From NCBI GenBank assembly GCA_965552135.1, contig CBEVQY010000001.1, positions 32,001 through 96,000 of the forward strand: 64,000 nt of DNA, in the 5' to 3' direction. Within the stretch, counting starts at the first letter, position 1; each line of letters opens with the position of its first letter. Both the position numbers and the translations under genes were made by a program. The DNA comes from an uncultured bacterium. GTDB lineage: Bacteria; UBP14; UBA6098; B30-G16. Below the pieces are notes generated by a model. It saw nothing but the letters and a program-made list of their open reading frames with translations, was not told the origin of the DNA and ran no database searches. Below are positions 29,076-39,180 of this stretch, piece after piece.

Positions 29076-30602
29076 ATGAAGCGCAGGTACCTGACCCTGC
29101 TTGGCGTTATTGGCATCGACCTCCTCTTTCTGGGAGCTATGCTTTCGTGGATACTCTCTGAGTTCGTTCTCATCTCCAAGATAGCGCTTGGCGTGGGGCT
29201 TTTGGTTTTGATAGTTTGGGGCGTTCTTTCGTGGCGCAGCGCCAGGGAGTTTTTCGGCAAAAGGACAACAGCAGCAGGCGCAAGCACAACGATTGGCGTC
29301 GTCTTCTTCGTGGGGATACTGCTTTTGGGCAACATAGTTGGCGCCCGATACAAGGCGCGGGCTGACCTAACGCAGGAAAAGCTCTACTCCCTCTCCGACC
29401 AGACGATGAAGCTTCTGAGCTCGCTTGACGGGAAGGTTGAGATCATCCTTTTCGACAACCCCGATTCTCCTCGCAATCCCCGCGCCAAGGAGCTTGTGGA
29501 GGAGTACGACGCCCGCAGCCCCAAGGTCGATCACCGCGTGGTCGACCCCGACAGGGAGCCTGAGCTTGCCAAAAAGTACGGCGTCACCAAGTACGAGCAG
29601 GCGGTGGTGAAGGCAAGCGAGACCAAATACGCCCTCGTCGAGAACGTGACGGAGGAGAACCTCACCAACGCGATAAAGCAGGTGACGGCTAAGGAAGGGC
29701 AGAAAGTTTACTTCCTTGTTGGTCACGGAGAGATTTCGCCCTACTCCACCGAAGCCGACGGCGCATCGCAGCTTAAGGACGCCATAAAAAAGGAGGGCTT
29801 CGACGTCGACACGTTAAACCTTATGCTTGTGGGCAAGATTCCCGACGATGCGGTGGTCGTAATCGAGATGGGTCCGCGAGCGGACCCCCTTCCCGCCGAG
29901 CTCGACACACTCAAGGCGTACTTCGATAGGGGCGGAAAGCTTTTGTTTATGCTCGAGCCCGGCTTTTCCGACTCGCTTGCGGCGTGGCTTGACAACTTCG
30001 GCGTTGACGTGGGCGATAACGTCGTCGTCGATATCTCGCCCGTTGGTCGTATGTTCGGCGCAAGCCCCGAGATGCCCATGGTGATGACCTACGACAAATC
30101 GCACGCCGTAACGAAGGGTTTCAACATAGCGACGATGTTCCCGACGGCGCGGTCAGTTTCGGCGTCGGAGAAGAGCCAGCCAGGTCTCAGAGTCGTCGAG
30201 ATAGCGAAGACAGCCGAGCGTGCCTGGGCCGAGGCGAAGTGGCGCACCCACACCGCCCAGTTCGACGAGGACGAAGATATCGCCGGTCCTGTTCCCGTGG
30301 CGTGCGCCGTCGAGAGGACCACGCGAACACCGCGACCGAGAATGGTCGTCTTCGGAGACCCCGACTTCGCAACAAACAGGTACATAACCTTCTCGGGCAA
30401 CAAAGACCTCGTGCTAAACGCCGTCGACTGGCTCGCGAAGCAGGAAAAGCTTATATCGATACGTCCCAAAAACCCGAAGGACCGAAAGCTTATGCTTACG
30501 CCGCGCCAACAGCAGAAGATCTTCTACCTTTCGGTCGTGGCGCTGCCGTTTTTCGCAATAGTCCTTGCCGAGATCGCGTGGTGGAGGAGGCAACACGCCT
30601 AA
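29076..30602 (+). CDS. GldG-family ABC auxiliary protein
   Basis: DLTQEKLYSLSDQT, VDPDREP, VYFLVGHGE, VFGDPDFATN, NKDLVLNAVDWL; C-terminal TM ending WWRR. Confidence 0.88.
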   Translation: MKRRYLTLLGVIGIDLLFLGAMLSWILSEFVLISKIALGVGLLVLIVWGVLSWRSAREFFGKRTTAAGASTTIGVVFFVGILLLGNIVGARYKARADLTQEKLYSLSDQTMKLLSSLDGKVEIILFDNPDSPRNPRAKELVEEYDARSPKVDHRVVDPDREPELAKKYGVTKYEQAVVKASETKYALVENVTEENLTNAIKQVTAKEGQKVYFLVGHGEISPYSTEADGASQLKDAIKKEGFDVDTLNLMLVGKIPDDAVVVIEMGPRADPLPAELDTLKAYFDRGGKLLFMLEPGFSDSLAAWLDNFGVDVGDNVVVDISPVGRMFGASPEMPMVMTYDKSHAVTKGFNIATMFPTARSVSASEKSQPGLRVVEIAKTAERAWAEAKWRTHTAQFDEDEDIAGPVPVACAVERTTRTPRPRMVVFGDPDFATNRYITFSGNKDLVLNAVDWLAKQEKLISIRPKNPKDRKLMLTPRQQQKIFYLSVVALPFFAIVLAEIAWWRRQHA

Positions 30603-30635
30603 CACTTCTGCCCCGAACTCGAAAGGAGGTCTGCG

Positions 30636-32354
30636 ATGGACTGGAGGAAGACGGCTATCTTGGGCGCCGTTTTCGTTGTTGCTCTGGCTGCGTTCTGGGC
30701 GTTTGAGGTGAGGGGCAGAGCGAAAAGGGAGCGGGAAAAGGTCGAAAGCCAAAGGCTCCTTCCCAACGTAGAAAGGATCTACCGCTTTCGCATAGAGACA
30801 AGAAGCGACGTGGTCGAGGTGGCTCAGGATACCACAAGCAAGCAGTGGCAGGTTGTTGCGCCTGTGTTTTACCCCGCCGACAACGACGAGGTTCAGGAGG
30901 TTTTGAAGGCGGCGCTTGAGGCGCACTATACATCGGTCGTCTCCGACAGCGGCGACCCGCGCCGATACGGGCTTGCGCCAAAGCCCTGGGTCAAGTTCAC
31001 CGCGGAGGGGAAAACATTCCTCCTCGGCGACGAGACGCCGACCAAAAGCGGCGTCTACGCAAAGCTTGAGGGCGACCCGAGGATACTCGTCGTGCCCTTT
31101 GAGTATCGCCGAAAGTTGCTTAAGGTCTCCTACGACCTGCGCGACAAATCGATCCTCCCAAGCGTGGAGGTCGAGGATATCGATAGCGTGCGGATAGCAA
31201 GACCCCAGGGCGAGCTTTTCATCTGCAGGAAGGGCGTGGAGTGGTGGTTGAGCAAGCCGATAGAGGCTAAGGGCGACAACAGCATGGTCGGTGCGTTTTT
31301 GCGCACGCTTCTGCGCGCGAAGGCGGCGGAGTTCGCCGCAGAGGACCACTCCGACTCAACGCTTGATGCCCTGGGCGCCAGGAAAGAGGGCGAAATCACC
31401 TTCTACACCAAAAGCGGGGCAAAGCTTTCAATGCGCGTTTACGCCAGGTACGCCGAGGGCGATACCACGCCCGAGTTCGTCTACGTCAGCACGCCCGAGA
31501 AAAAGCCCCTGTTCGAGGTATCTGATCTTGTTTGGCGTCAGCTTCGCAAGAACCCAACCGATCTCCGCGATAGATCCATCTGCGACGTGAAGGATGCCGA
31601 TATGTTCGCCATCCGGGGTCCCGACGGGTTTGAGGTTGAGGGGAGACTTTCTGAGGGCGGATGGGTTATAACGAAGCCCGACAGCGGCAAAGGCGACGTC
31701 GACCAGATCGAAAGGATGCTTCGCAACTTCACCTACGCCCGCGTCGACTCGTTCAGAAACGATTCGAATTTTAAGCCCTCGGGCTGGGAGTTCTTCTTCT
31801 CCGTCGCGGGCGAGAGCACAAGGATCGAGGTCGGCGACACGGTGGGCAACCGCGTTCAGGTGCGGCGGAAGGGCGAAGGCGAATACTTCCTCGTCCACAA
31901 GACAAACATTCTCAAGTGGTGCAAGCCCAACTGGAGGCGTTTCGTCTCGCGGCGCCTCGTCGACGTCGATGCAACGCAGCTTGTTAGCATGACGGTCCGC
32001 GTGGGCGACAGCACCTACGTCTTCAGGAAGGGGAAGAAGAAGTGGCACGCCAAAACGCCTCAGGGCAAGGAGGAGGTGCCTTTCTACAGGGTCAGGCGGG
32101 CGATGGACGCAGTCGTCAAGCTGACGTTCACAAAGCAGCTTCCCGAGACGACCTCGTGGGACGAGCAGAACGCCCTCCTGCGCGCGGAGTTCACCGACAT
32201 CGGCGGAAACTCGTACTACATTGCCATAGGCGACACCACAGACGGCGGCAGGATCGCCGCGGCGTCGGGGCAAAGCTCATACTTCCTCGTCTCGAAGGGG
32301 GCGATAAAAGCAATACTAAATAAGCTCAACAGCGTGGTAAAGAAGAAGGAATGA
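30636..32354 (+). CDS. DUF4340-domain protein (about three tandem domains), N-terminal membrane anchor
   Basis: YGLAPKP, LLGDETPT, repeated DLRD(K/R)SI; position after gldG is typical. Confidence 0.75.
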   Translation: MDWRKTAILGAVFVVALAAFWAFEVRGRAKREREKVESQRLLPNVERIYRFRIETRSDVVEVAQDTTSKQWQVVAPVFYPADNDEVQEVLKAALEAHYTSVVSDSGDPRRYGLAPKPWVKFTAEGKTFLLGDETPTKSGVYAKLEGDPRILVVPFEYRRKLLKVSYDLRDKSILPSVEVEDIDSVRIARPQGELFICRKGVEWWLSKPIEAKGDNSMVGAFLRTLLRAKAAEFAAEDHSDSTLDALGARKEGEITFYTKSGAKLSMRVYARYAEGDTTPEFVYVSTPEKKPLFEVSDLVWRQLRKNPTDLRDRSICDVKDADMFAIRGPDGFEVEGRLSEGGWVITKPDSGKGDVDQIERMLRNFTYARVDSFRNDSNFKPSGWEFFFSVAGESTRIEVGDTVGNRVQVRRKGEGEYFLVHKTNILKWCKPNWRRFVSRRLVDVDATQLVSMTVRVGDSTYVFRKGKKKWHAKTPQGKEEVPFYRVRRAMDAVVKLTFTKQLPETTSWDEQNALLRAEFTDIGGNSYYIAIGDTTDGGRIAAASGQSSYFLVSKGAIKAILNKLNSVVKKKE

Positions 32355-33229
32355 GCGCTTTTTCGCTTATATCCCTTGCGCTTCTTTCGTCTTTTGCGGA
32401 AAGCACGTTCGTTCTTCCGCAGGTTGCCGCCTCCTCGTCGATCTCGACGCAGAAACCGCGCGTGGGCGACACGGTGGAGGTTCACTACATCGTCGATATC
32501 GATGGGAATCCCTTGGTCTTCGTCTTCGATTCGCTTCTCGAGCCGCTTGCGCTCGGGCTTTCCTTCGTGGGCAGCGAAACGCGGACCACCACGAGGAAAT
32601 CGAGCGAAAGCCTAAGTGGTACAACCGAGCTTATCATGCGCTTCGTCCCGAATCGGGCGGGTAGGGTCAGGATTTCGGACTACACCATAAGGCTTCTTGC
32701 GCCCCTGCCCGCCGGAGGGGATTCGCTTTCCTTCGACACCGTTGCGGTGAGGTTCTCGGGCTTCGAGCTTGACGTTCTTCCGCCACGGCGGACGGGGCTT
32801 TTCGTCGCGCTCGCCCTGTTCCTCTTGGGGATCGGTGCGTTTGCAGGGGCGATCGTTTTCATGACGAGGCTTGCGGCATCGCAGGGGCGAAGGCTTTTGG
32901 AGCAAAAGCCACCACCAACGCCCGAGGATAGGGCTTTGGCGGAGCTTGCGAGGATTGCGCCCCAGAGGCTCGAGACGAGGGAGCTTGCCGAAAGGCTCTC
33001 GAGAACGCTGCGGGCATACATATCCGAGCGCTTCGGAGTGCCCGCATTGAAGCTTTCGACCCAAGAGGTGATATCGCTCCTTGGCGAGCGCGGGCTCGGC
33101 GGAAGGCGCTTCGTCGCCATCGAGAAGGTGCTTCGCTTCTGCGACGACATCCTCTTCGCGGGCAAGCTCCCCACCGCAGACGAAATAGCCGAGGCACTCG
33201 ACTCGGCAAAAGAAGCAGTGTCGGGATGA
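32351..33229 (+). CDS. BatD-like Ig domain + TM + helical domain protein
   Basis: Signal peptide, VGDTVEVHY Ig start, central TM, LSRTLRAYISERFG...STQEVI...CDDILFAG. Confidence 0.6.
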   Translation: MSAFSLISLALLSSFAESTFVLPQVAASSSISTQKPRVGDTVEVHYIVDIDGNPLVFVFDSLLEPLALGLSFVGSETRTTTRKSSESLSGTTELIMRFVPNRAGRVRISDYTIRLLAPLPAGGDSLSFDTVAVRFSGFELDVLPPRRTGLFVALALFLLGIGAFAGAIVFMTRLAASQGRRLLEQKPPPTPEDRALAELARIAPQRLETRELAERLSRTLRAYISERFGVPALKLSTQEVISLLGERGLGGRRFVAIEKVLRFCDDILFAGKLPTADEIAEALDSAKEAVSG

Positions 33230-33253
33230 TGAAAAAACCCGGGAGGTTTTGAG

Positions 33254-34243
33254 ATGACGGTCGACATCGCTCAGCTCAACGAGAGGATAAAAGCCGAATC
33301 CGCCTTCGTCGATGCCCTGCGGGAGGAGATGGGCAAGGTGATAGTTGGTCAGCGCAGGGTTTTGGAGAGGCTTTTTATCGGGCTTCTTGCCGACGGGCAC
33401 ATTCTGCTCGAGGGCGTTCCCGGGCTTGCGAAAACCCTAATGGTGCGGACTCTGGCTGCGTGTGTGAACGCAACGTTCCAGAGGATACAGTTCACCCCCG
33501 ACCTCCTTCCCGCAGACATAACCGGAACGCTCATCTTCAACCAGCGCACGGGCGAGTTCGTACCCAAAAAGGGACCGATCTTCGCCAACTTCATCCTCGC
33601 CGACGAGATCAACCGTGCGCCTGCAAAGGTCCAGTCGGCGCTTCTGGAGGCTATGCAGGAGCGGCAGGTCACCATAGGCGACGAAACCTACGACCTGCCC
33701 AAGCCGTTCCTCGTCCTTGCAACGCAAAACCCCATAGAGCAGCAGGGGACATACCCGCTGCCCGAGGCGCAGGTCGACAGGTTCATGCTCAAGGTTATAG
33801 TCGATTACCCGCGCAGGGAGGAGGAGCGGGCGATAATGCGCATCCACACGCGCATAAAGCCGCCCCAGGCGCAGAAGGTCGTCGACCCCGAGGACATCCT
33901 CCGCGCAAGGGAGGTGGTCAGGGACGTCTACGTCGACGAAAAGATCGAAAACTACATCCTCGACTTAGTCTTCGCCACGCGCTACCCCGAGCAGTTTGGT
34001 CTCGACGAGCTTCGTCCGCTTATTGCCTGGGGTGCTTCTCCGAGGGCTACGATGTTCCTTCGCATAGCGGCGCAGGCGCACGCCTTCCTCGACCACAGGG
34101 GCTACGTCACCCCCGAGGACGTGCGCGCGGTCGCAATGGACGTCCTGCGGCACAGGGTGATCGTAACGTACGAAGCCGAGGCGGAGGAGAAGACCTCGGA
34201 GGACATAGTTCGCGCCATACTTGCGCGGATCGAGGTGCCGTAA
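33254..34243 (+). CDS. moxR: MoxR family AAA+ ATPase
   Basis: EGVPGLAKT, RIQFTPDLLPAD, DEINRAPAKVQSALLEAM, ATQNPIEQQGTYPLPEAQVDRF, GASPRA. Confidence 0.95.
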   Translation: MTVDIAQLNERIKAESAFVDALREEMGKVIVGQRRVLERLFIGLLADGHILLEGVPGLAKTLMVRTLAACVNATFQRIQFTPDLLPADITGTLIFNQRTGEFVPKKGPIFANFILADEINRAPAKVQSALLEAMQERQVTIGDETYDLPKPFLVLATQNPIEQQGTYPLPEAQVDRFMLKVIVDYPRREEERAIMRIHTRIKPPQAQKVVDPEDILRAREVVRDVYVDEKIENYILDLVFATRYPEQFGLDELRPLIAWGASPRATMFLRIAAQAHAFLDHRGYVTPEDVRAVAMDVLRHRVIVTYEAEAEEKTSEDIVRAILARIEVP

Positions 34244-34262
34244 CCCAAAACGGAGGGGTCGC

Positions 34263-35570
34263 ATGGTTCCATACGACGTCATAAGGCGCAAGCGGGACGG
34301 GGAGGAGCTTCCGCCCGATGTGATAAAGGAGTTTGTTTCGTCGTATGTTGGCGGCGGAGTGCCCGACTATCAGATGTCGGCTTTCCTTATGGCTGTCTAT
34401 TTCCGCGGGATGACCCCCACCGAGACCTTGGCGCTCACCGAAGCCTACATCGAAAGCGGCGAAAAGCTCGATTTCTCGGACATCCCTATGCCTAAAGCCG
34501 ACAAGCACTCCACGGGCGGAGTTGGGGATAAGGTTAGCCTTGTTCTTGCGCCGCTTGTTGCGGCGTGTGGCGTTGCCGTGCCGATGATATCGGGGCGCGG
34601 TCTCGGACACACCGGCGGAACGCTCGACAAGCTCGAGTCGATCCCCGGACTCAGGATCGAGCTTTCCATCGACGAGTGCCGCCGCGTCCTCGGAGAGGCT
34701 GGGTTCTTCATCGCCGCCCAGACGGAAAGGATGGTCCCCGCCGACAAGAAGATTTACGCCCTGCGGGACGTGACGGCGACCGTCGAGTCGATACCGCTTA
34801 TCGTCGCGAGCATAATGTCAAAAAAGCTTTCGGAGGGCACCGACGCCCTCGTGCTCGACGTCAAGTTCGGCAACGGCGCCTTTATGAAAAAGCTTTCGGA
34901 CGCAAGGCGCCTTGCCGAGGCGATGGTGGACGTGGGCAAGCGCTACGGCGTGAAGACATCGGCTCTGCTTACCGACATGAACCAGCCTTTGGGGCGGTGT
35001 GTGGGCAACGCCCTCGAGGTTGAGGAGGCTATCCTCTACCTCCGCGGCGATGACCGCCCCGACGACCTCCACGAGATAACGTTCGCCCTCGGCGCGGAGA
35101 TGCTCGTTCTCGCTGGTGTGGCGGGCAGCGAGGACGCCGCAAAGCTTTCGCTGCGCAAGGCGCTGGATTCGGGCGATGCGCTTGAGCGCTTTGCCCGCTT
35201 CGTCGAGGCGCAGGGTGGCAAGCCCGGGGTGGTCGAGGACCTCGCGCTTTTGCCGCGCACACCGCACACCGCCGTCGCCGCGGCGAAAAATGACGGCTGG
35301 ATCGCCGGATTCGACACGTACGGCATCGGCATGCTCGGCGTTGAGCTCGGCGCCGGGCGCAAAAAGGTGGGAGAGCGGATCGACCACGCCGTTGGGTTTA
35401 AGTTTCACAAAAAGGTTGGCGACGAGGTTTCGCGCGGCGAGGCTGTTGCCACAGTCTTCGCCAGGGACGAGGAGCAGGCGCGATGGGCTGCAGACCGTCT
35501 GACCGAGCTTGTGACCATCTCCGAGACGCCGGTTAGCCCGCCTGTGCTTTTGGGCGAAAAGGTGGCGTGA
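34263..35570 (+). CDS. pdp: Pyrimidine-nucleoside / thymidine phosphorylase
   Basis: DKHSTGGVGDK, SGRGLGHTGGTLDKLE, YALRDVTATV, SIMSKK; ATG 34263. Confidence 0.93.
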   Translation: MVPYDVIRRKRDGEELPPDVIKEFVSSYVGGGVPDYQMSAFLMAVYFRGMTPTETLALTEAYIESGEKLDFSDIPMPKADKHSTGGVGDKVSLVLAPLVAACGVAVPMISGRGLGHTGGTLDKLESIPGLRIELSIDECRRVLGEAGFFIAAQTERMVPADKKIYALRDVTATVESIPLIVASIMSKKLSEGTDALVLDVKFGNGAFMKKLSDARRLAEAMVDVGKRYGVKTSALLTDMNQPLGRCVGNALEVEEAILYLRGDDRPDDLHEITFALGAEMLVLAGVAGSEDAAKLSLRKALDSGDALERFARFVEAQGGKPGVVEDLALLPRTPHTAVAAAKNDGWIAGFDTYGIGMLGVELGAGRKKVGERIDHAVGFKFHKKVGDEVSRGEAVATVFARDEEQARWAADRLTELVTISETPVSPPVLLGEKVA

Positions 35571-36548
35571 TCACTGGGGCGCAAGGGCGAGGTCCGCGAT
35601 CCTCTGCAGAAGCCGGTCGAGCCCATCGCCCGCAACGGCGCTTATGAGCATAACCTCCTCGCCCGGGAACTCCTTCTCCCATCGTTTCTGCAGAAGCTCG
35701 CCGGGTGCGGCGTCGATCTTGTTGAGCGCAAGAAGCCGCGGGCGCTCAAGAAGCGCAGGGTCGTACTCGCCAAGCTCCGAAAGAAGCGTTGTGTAGGCTT
35801 TTTGCGGCTCGTCGAGGATGTCCAGAAGGAGCACGAGCGCCTTGGTTCGAGATATATGTCGCAGGAAGTCGAGTCCCATCCCGCGCCCTCGGTGAGCGCC
35901 CTCGATAATGCCTGGGATGTCGGCTATCACGAGCCGCCTTCCGTCGGGCAGCTGCGCGACGCCGAGGCAGGGGTGCTTCGTCGTGAAGGGGTAGTCGGCT
36001 ATCTTCGGGTGCGCCTTCGTTAGCCGCGAAAGCAGGGTCGACTTCCCCGCGTTGGGCAGCCCCACCAGACCGACGTCGGCGATGAGCCTGAGCTCGAGGA
36101 TGACCCATCGCTCCTGACCGGGTCTTCCGGGCTCGGCGAACCTTGGGGCTTGGTTTGCCGGAGTGGCGAAGGCGGCGTTCCCTCTGCCGCCTCTGCCGCC
36201 ACGCGCCACAACAAACTCGCCCGAAACAAGATCAGCAAGACGCTCCCCGCTTTCGGCGTCGATGACAACCGTGCCCGGTGGAACCTCGATTATGCAGTCG
36301 GCGCCGTCTCGACCGTGGCGGTTTTTGCCCTCGCCAGGACGTCCGTTCTCCGCCCTGAAGTGCCTGCGGTAGTAGAAGTCGAGCAGCGTGTGCATCTTCG
36401 GGTTGACCCTGATGATCACATCGCCGCCTTTCCCGCCGTCGCCGCCTGCAGGACCGCCTCGAGGACGAAACTTCTCCCTCAAAAACGCAACGCAGCCGTC
36501 GCCGCCGTCACCGGCCTTGACGTAAATCTTGACGCGGTCGATGAACAT
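35571..36548 (-). CDS. obgE: GTPase ObgE (short form without long C-terminal domain)
   Basis: Gly-rich Obg fold, GLPNAGKST, ADYPFTT, DIPG, NKID. Confidence 0.96.
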   Translation of the reverse strand: MFIDRVKIYVKAGDGGDGCVAFLREKFRPRGGPAGGDGGKGGDVIIRVNPKMHTLLDFYYRRHFRAENGRPGEGKNRHGRDGADCIIEVPPGTVVIDAESGERLADLVSGEFVVARGGRGGRGNAAFATPANQAPRFAEPGRPGQERWVILELRLIADVGLVGLPNAGKSTLLSRLTKAHPKIADYPFTTKHPCLGVAQLPDGRRLVIADIPGIIEGAHRGRGMGLDFLRHISRTKALVLLLDILDEPQKAYTTLLSELGEYDPALLERPRLLALNKIDAAPGELLQKRWEKEFPGEEVMLISAVAGDGLDRLLQRIADLALAPQ

Positions 36549-36557
36549 CCCGAAGGT

Positions 36558-36830
36558 TCAGTCCTCGAAGGTGTAGTGCTTTCGGACGGGCTCCAAAACC
36601 CTCCAGACGCACTTGAGACCCTTGGGGAAGCGCACCAGGTCGCCCTTGCCGATCTCGACGCTCTTGCCGTCGGCGGTTTCGACGATGACACGCCCCTCGA
36701 GGAAGTAGCAGACCTCGGTGGTATCATACTCCCAGGGGAACTGTGCCACGGGTGACTCCCACACAGGCCAGCTGCGAACGCCAAGCTCCTCAAGCTCCCT
36801 CTCGCTCGGACGACGAACCTCGATGTCCAT
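36558..36830 (-). CDS. Cupin-domain protein (DUF861/EutQ-like)
   Basis: WPVWE...FPWEY..TEVCYFLEG...GDLVRFPKGLKCVWRV..PVRKHY; ATG 36830 after an AGGAGG RBS. Confidence 0.88.
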   Translation of the reverse strand: MDIEVRRPSERELEELGVRSWPVWESPVAQFPWEYDTTEVCYFLEGRVIVETADGKSVEIGKGDLVRFPKGLKCVWRVLEPVRKHYTFED

Positions 36831-36900
36831 ACAAAAACCTCCTTCCACCCGAAGCGAAATTTACCGGCGCTCATCCGCCCCGCAAGGGGAAAACGCGCCA

Positions 36901-36934
36901 AAACGAAAAGCCCGCTCCCTCCCGGAGCGGGCTT
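36901..36934 (-). terminator. Rho-independent terminator after the FN3 lipoprotein gene
   Basis: 11-bp perfect stem AAGCCCGCTCC/GGAGCGGGCTT with a 5-nt loop, followed by a U-rich tract on the minus strand. Confidence 0.8.
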
Positions 36935-36957
36935 CGAAGCCTCGACCGCAAAAAGCC

Positions 36958-37725
36958 TCAGTCCATAAGCGAGAAGTTGGGAACGGTCTGATACCCGTAC
37001 GTGAAGGTTATCCTGTCGTGGGGGCTTGATGTGTAGGAGTCGATGCGAAGCTTCACGTAATGCCACTCGTCGGTGTGGTTCTTGAAGACGACGATCCCGT
37101 AGACCTGTCCCTCGCCGACGTCGACGTAGTTGACGTAACCTTCGGTGGGCAGGTTGCCAACGTTGTCGTAGTCGGCGGCGATGACCTGGAAGCCCGTGGT
37201 AAAGTCGCTCCAATCGAGGACGTCAGCGCTTGTGAGGGTGTTGTCGCTGTCGTAGTAGAAGTCGATGTAGTCGGCGTTGTTTTCGTTAACGGAGTAGCTT
37301 GCGCCGGCGCCGGTGTCCCAGTTCCAGCCCCAGCCGCTGTAGCCAACGTCGGTTGGTGTGTCCAGATCGTAGAGCTCGCCTGTGCCCTCGACAAGCTCAG
37401 TCGACGCTGTTGCGGCGGAGGACTCCTCATCCCCGCGGTAGGCGACAACCTCATACGTCCCAAGCTCGTCGGGGGCGGTGTGGGTGTAGGTGGTCGTCGA
37501 TGCGTCGACTTCGGCAAGCTCGACGCCGTTGAAGTAGATGATGTATCCGTCGATGTCCTCCGTCGGCGAAGGCGACCACGTCAGGACAAGGTCGGTTTCG
37601 TTGGTTGCGCCGTGAAGGGTTAGGTTCGTCGGCGGCTCGATCGACTCGGAGGGCTGCTCGCAGCCAAAGCCGAAAAGCATCACAAGCCCCGAAACCGCCA
37701 AAAGAACGACCAGCCTCTTGCGCAT
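36958..37725 (-). CDS. Acidic lipoprotein with FN3-like domain
   Basis: Lipobox LFGFG-C; PPTNL...LTWSPS...DGYIIY...YEVVAY FN3 pattern. Confidence 0.75.
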   Translation of the reverse strand: MRKRLVVLLAVSGLVMLFGFGCEQPSESIEPPTNLTLHGATNETDLVLTWSPSPTEDIDGYIIYFNGVELAEVDASTTTYTHTAPDELGTYEVVAYRGDEESSAATASTELVEGTGELYDLDTPTDVGYSGWGWNWDTGAGASYSVNENNADYIDFYYDSDNTLTSADVLDWSDFTTGFQVIAADYDNVGNLPTEGYVNYVDVGEGQVYGIVVFKNHTDEWHYVKLRIDSYTSSPHDRITFTYGYQTVPNFSLMD

Positions 37726-37755
37726 TGCCAGACCTCCTTTCGCTGAGTGCAGAGA

Positions 37756-38109
37756 TTATTTAACGCGGGCGCCCTTCTTCTTGCTCGTCTTAGTCTTCTT
37801 TGTGGCTTTGCCCTTGGTTGTGGTGCCCTTCTGGGTCTGCTCGACCTTCTCGCCCGCCTGCTGAGCCTCCGCCGCCTGCGGAGGTGCGAAAAGCTCGGGA
37901 TGAGAAGCCTTAAGGTCGTTTATCGTCTTCTCCAGGGCGTCTATCTTCGACTTCGCGATATCGAGGTCGCTGCGCAGCTGGTCGACCTTTGCGGCAAGGT
38001 CGTCGATCTGCTGCTTAAGCGCTGCGGCTGTTCCCGCACCCTGGCAACCGCCAAGAGCCAAGAAAGCCAAAACGCCAAAAGCCACTGCCGCCAGAACAGC
38101 TCGCCTCAT
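37756..38109 (-). CDS. Small coiled-coil lipoprotein with Lys-rich tail
   Basis: MRRAVLAAVAFGVLAFLALGG-C lipobox, heptad repeats, KKTKTSKKK tail; AGGAGG RBS. Confidence 0.75.
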   Translation of the reverse strand: MRRAVLAAVAFGVLAFLALGGCQGAGTAAALKQQIDDLAAKVDQLRSDLDIAKSKIDALEKTINDLKASHPELFAPPQAAEAQQAGEKVEQTQKGTTTKGKATKKTKTSKKKGARVK

Positions 38110-38161
38110 CTCGTCCTCCTTGCTTGGGTTCCCTAAGCCCTCCTGCCAACAAGCGCTGTCA

Positions 38162-38190
38162 AAATTATAATCACAGCGCGGAGTTGTCAA
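38162..38190 (-). promoter_or_regulatory. Putative sigma70 promoter for the lipoprotein pair
   Basis: TTGACA followed after 15 nt by TATAAT (or after 17 nt by TAATTT). Confidence 0.5.
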
Positions 38191-38214
38191 CAAGAAATTT
38201 GGCTTTGGACGCCA

Positions 38215-39180
38215 TCAGGCTGCCCCGCCGTTTTTGGGATGCTCAACGCGGTAGGCGCGCCAGCCCGTTAGGGTATGCAAAAGCCACCAAAGGCTGTAGT
38301 GGGCAACAAGACCCAGAAAAAGCAAGAGGTTGAGGGGAAGCAGGTAGGGGTAGTGCTTTTGGAAGTACTTGAACATCGATATGTGATGCCACCAGAACGC
38401 TTTTTTCCTTCGCTTTTTCGACGACGCGCCCCAGGCGTGGAGTATTCGGGCGTTTGGGTTGAAGACGACGCGCCAGCCGGCTTTTTTTAGCCTGCGGCAG
38501 ATGTCCACGTCCTCTATGTAGATAAAAAACCTTTCGTCCAGAAGTCCCACCTGTTTGAGCGCCTCGGCGCGGAGCATGAGGAACCCTCCCGCAAGCGCCT
38601 GAACGTCGGTGACATCGTCGGGAACGCGGCGAAGCTCCTCCATCTTCCACCTGAAGACGGGAAGCTTGGAGAAAAGCGAAGACCTGGAGAAAAGGAGGTT
38701 GAAGTAGGTGGGGTACACAAGCGTTGAGGGCTGGATTTTGCCGTCTTCGGTTATGATGAGTCCGCCCGCGGCGCCGACGTCGGGGTTTGTGTCCATAAAA
38801 GACACAAGCACATCCAGGGCATCGCCCATAAGCGCGGCATCGGAGTTCAGGAGGAGGTAGTATTCCGCATCGACGGCTCGGATGCCTTGGTTGCATCCGC
38901 GGGCAAAGCCCAGGTTCTCGTCGTTTTCGATCAGGTAGACCCATGGGAACTGCTCGCGCACAAGCTGAGGGCTCCCGTCGGTTGAGGCGTTGTCGACTAC
39001 CACGGTGACAAAGCTTCCCAGCGTAAGCGGGTTCCGCTCGATGGAGAGGAGGCATCGCTTTAGGTGCCAGGCGGTGTTGTAGCTTACGACGACGATGGCA
39101 AGCTTAGCCGTGCGGGCGATGACGTCGATCCCCTCAGTGGCTGCGCGGGTCCTGACGACCTTTTTCGGCTCGCCGCTCAT
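38215..39180 (-). CDS. Glycosyltransferase family 2 (WbbL/rhamnosyltransferase-like)
   Basis: VVVSYNT, VVDNASTDGS, NLGFARGCNQG, LLLNSD, DERFFIYIEDVDIC. Confidence 0.9.
   Translation of the reverse strand: MSGEPKKVVRTRAATEGIDVIARTAKLAIVVVSYNTAWHLKRCLLSIERNPLTLGSFVTVVVDNASTDGSPQLVREQFPWVYLIENDENLGFARGCNQGIRAVDAEYYLLLNSDAALMGDALDVLVSFMDTNPDVGAAGGLIITEDGKIQPSTLVYPTYFNLLFSRSSLFSKLPVFRWKMEELRRVPDDVTDVQALAGGFLMLRAEALKQVGLLDERFFIYIEDVDICRRLKKAGWRVVFNPNARILHAWGASSKKRRKKAFWWHHISMFKYFQKHYPYLLPLNLLLFLGLVAHYSLWWLLHTLTGWRAYRVEHPKNGGAA

Noticed and set aside
27254..30602. Evidence of Flavobacterium-type gliding motility
   Set aside because: GldAFG-like ABC systems are widespread in non-gliders, and no gldBDHIJ or gldKLMN genes are in this window
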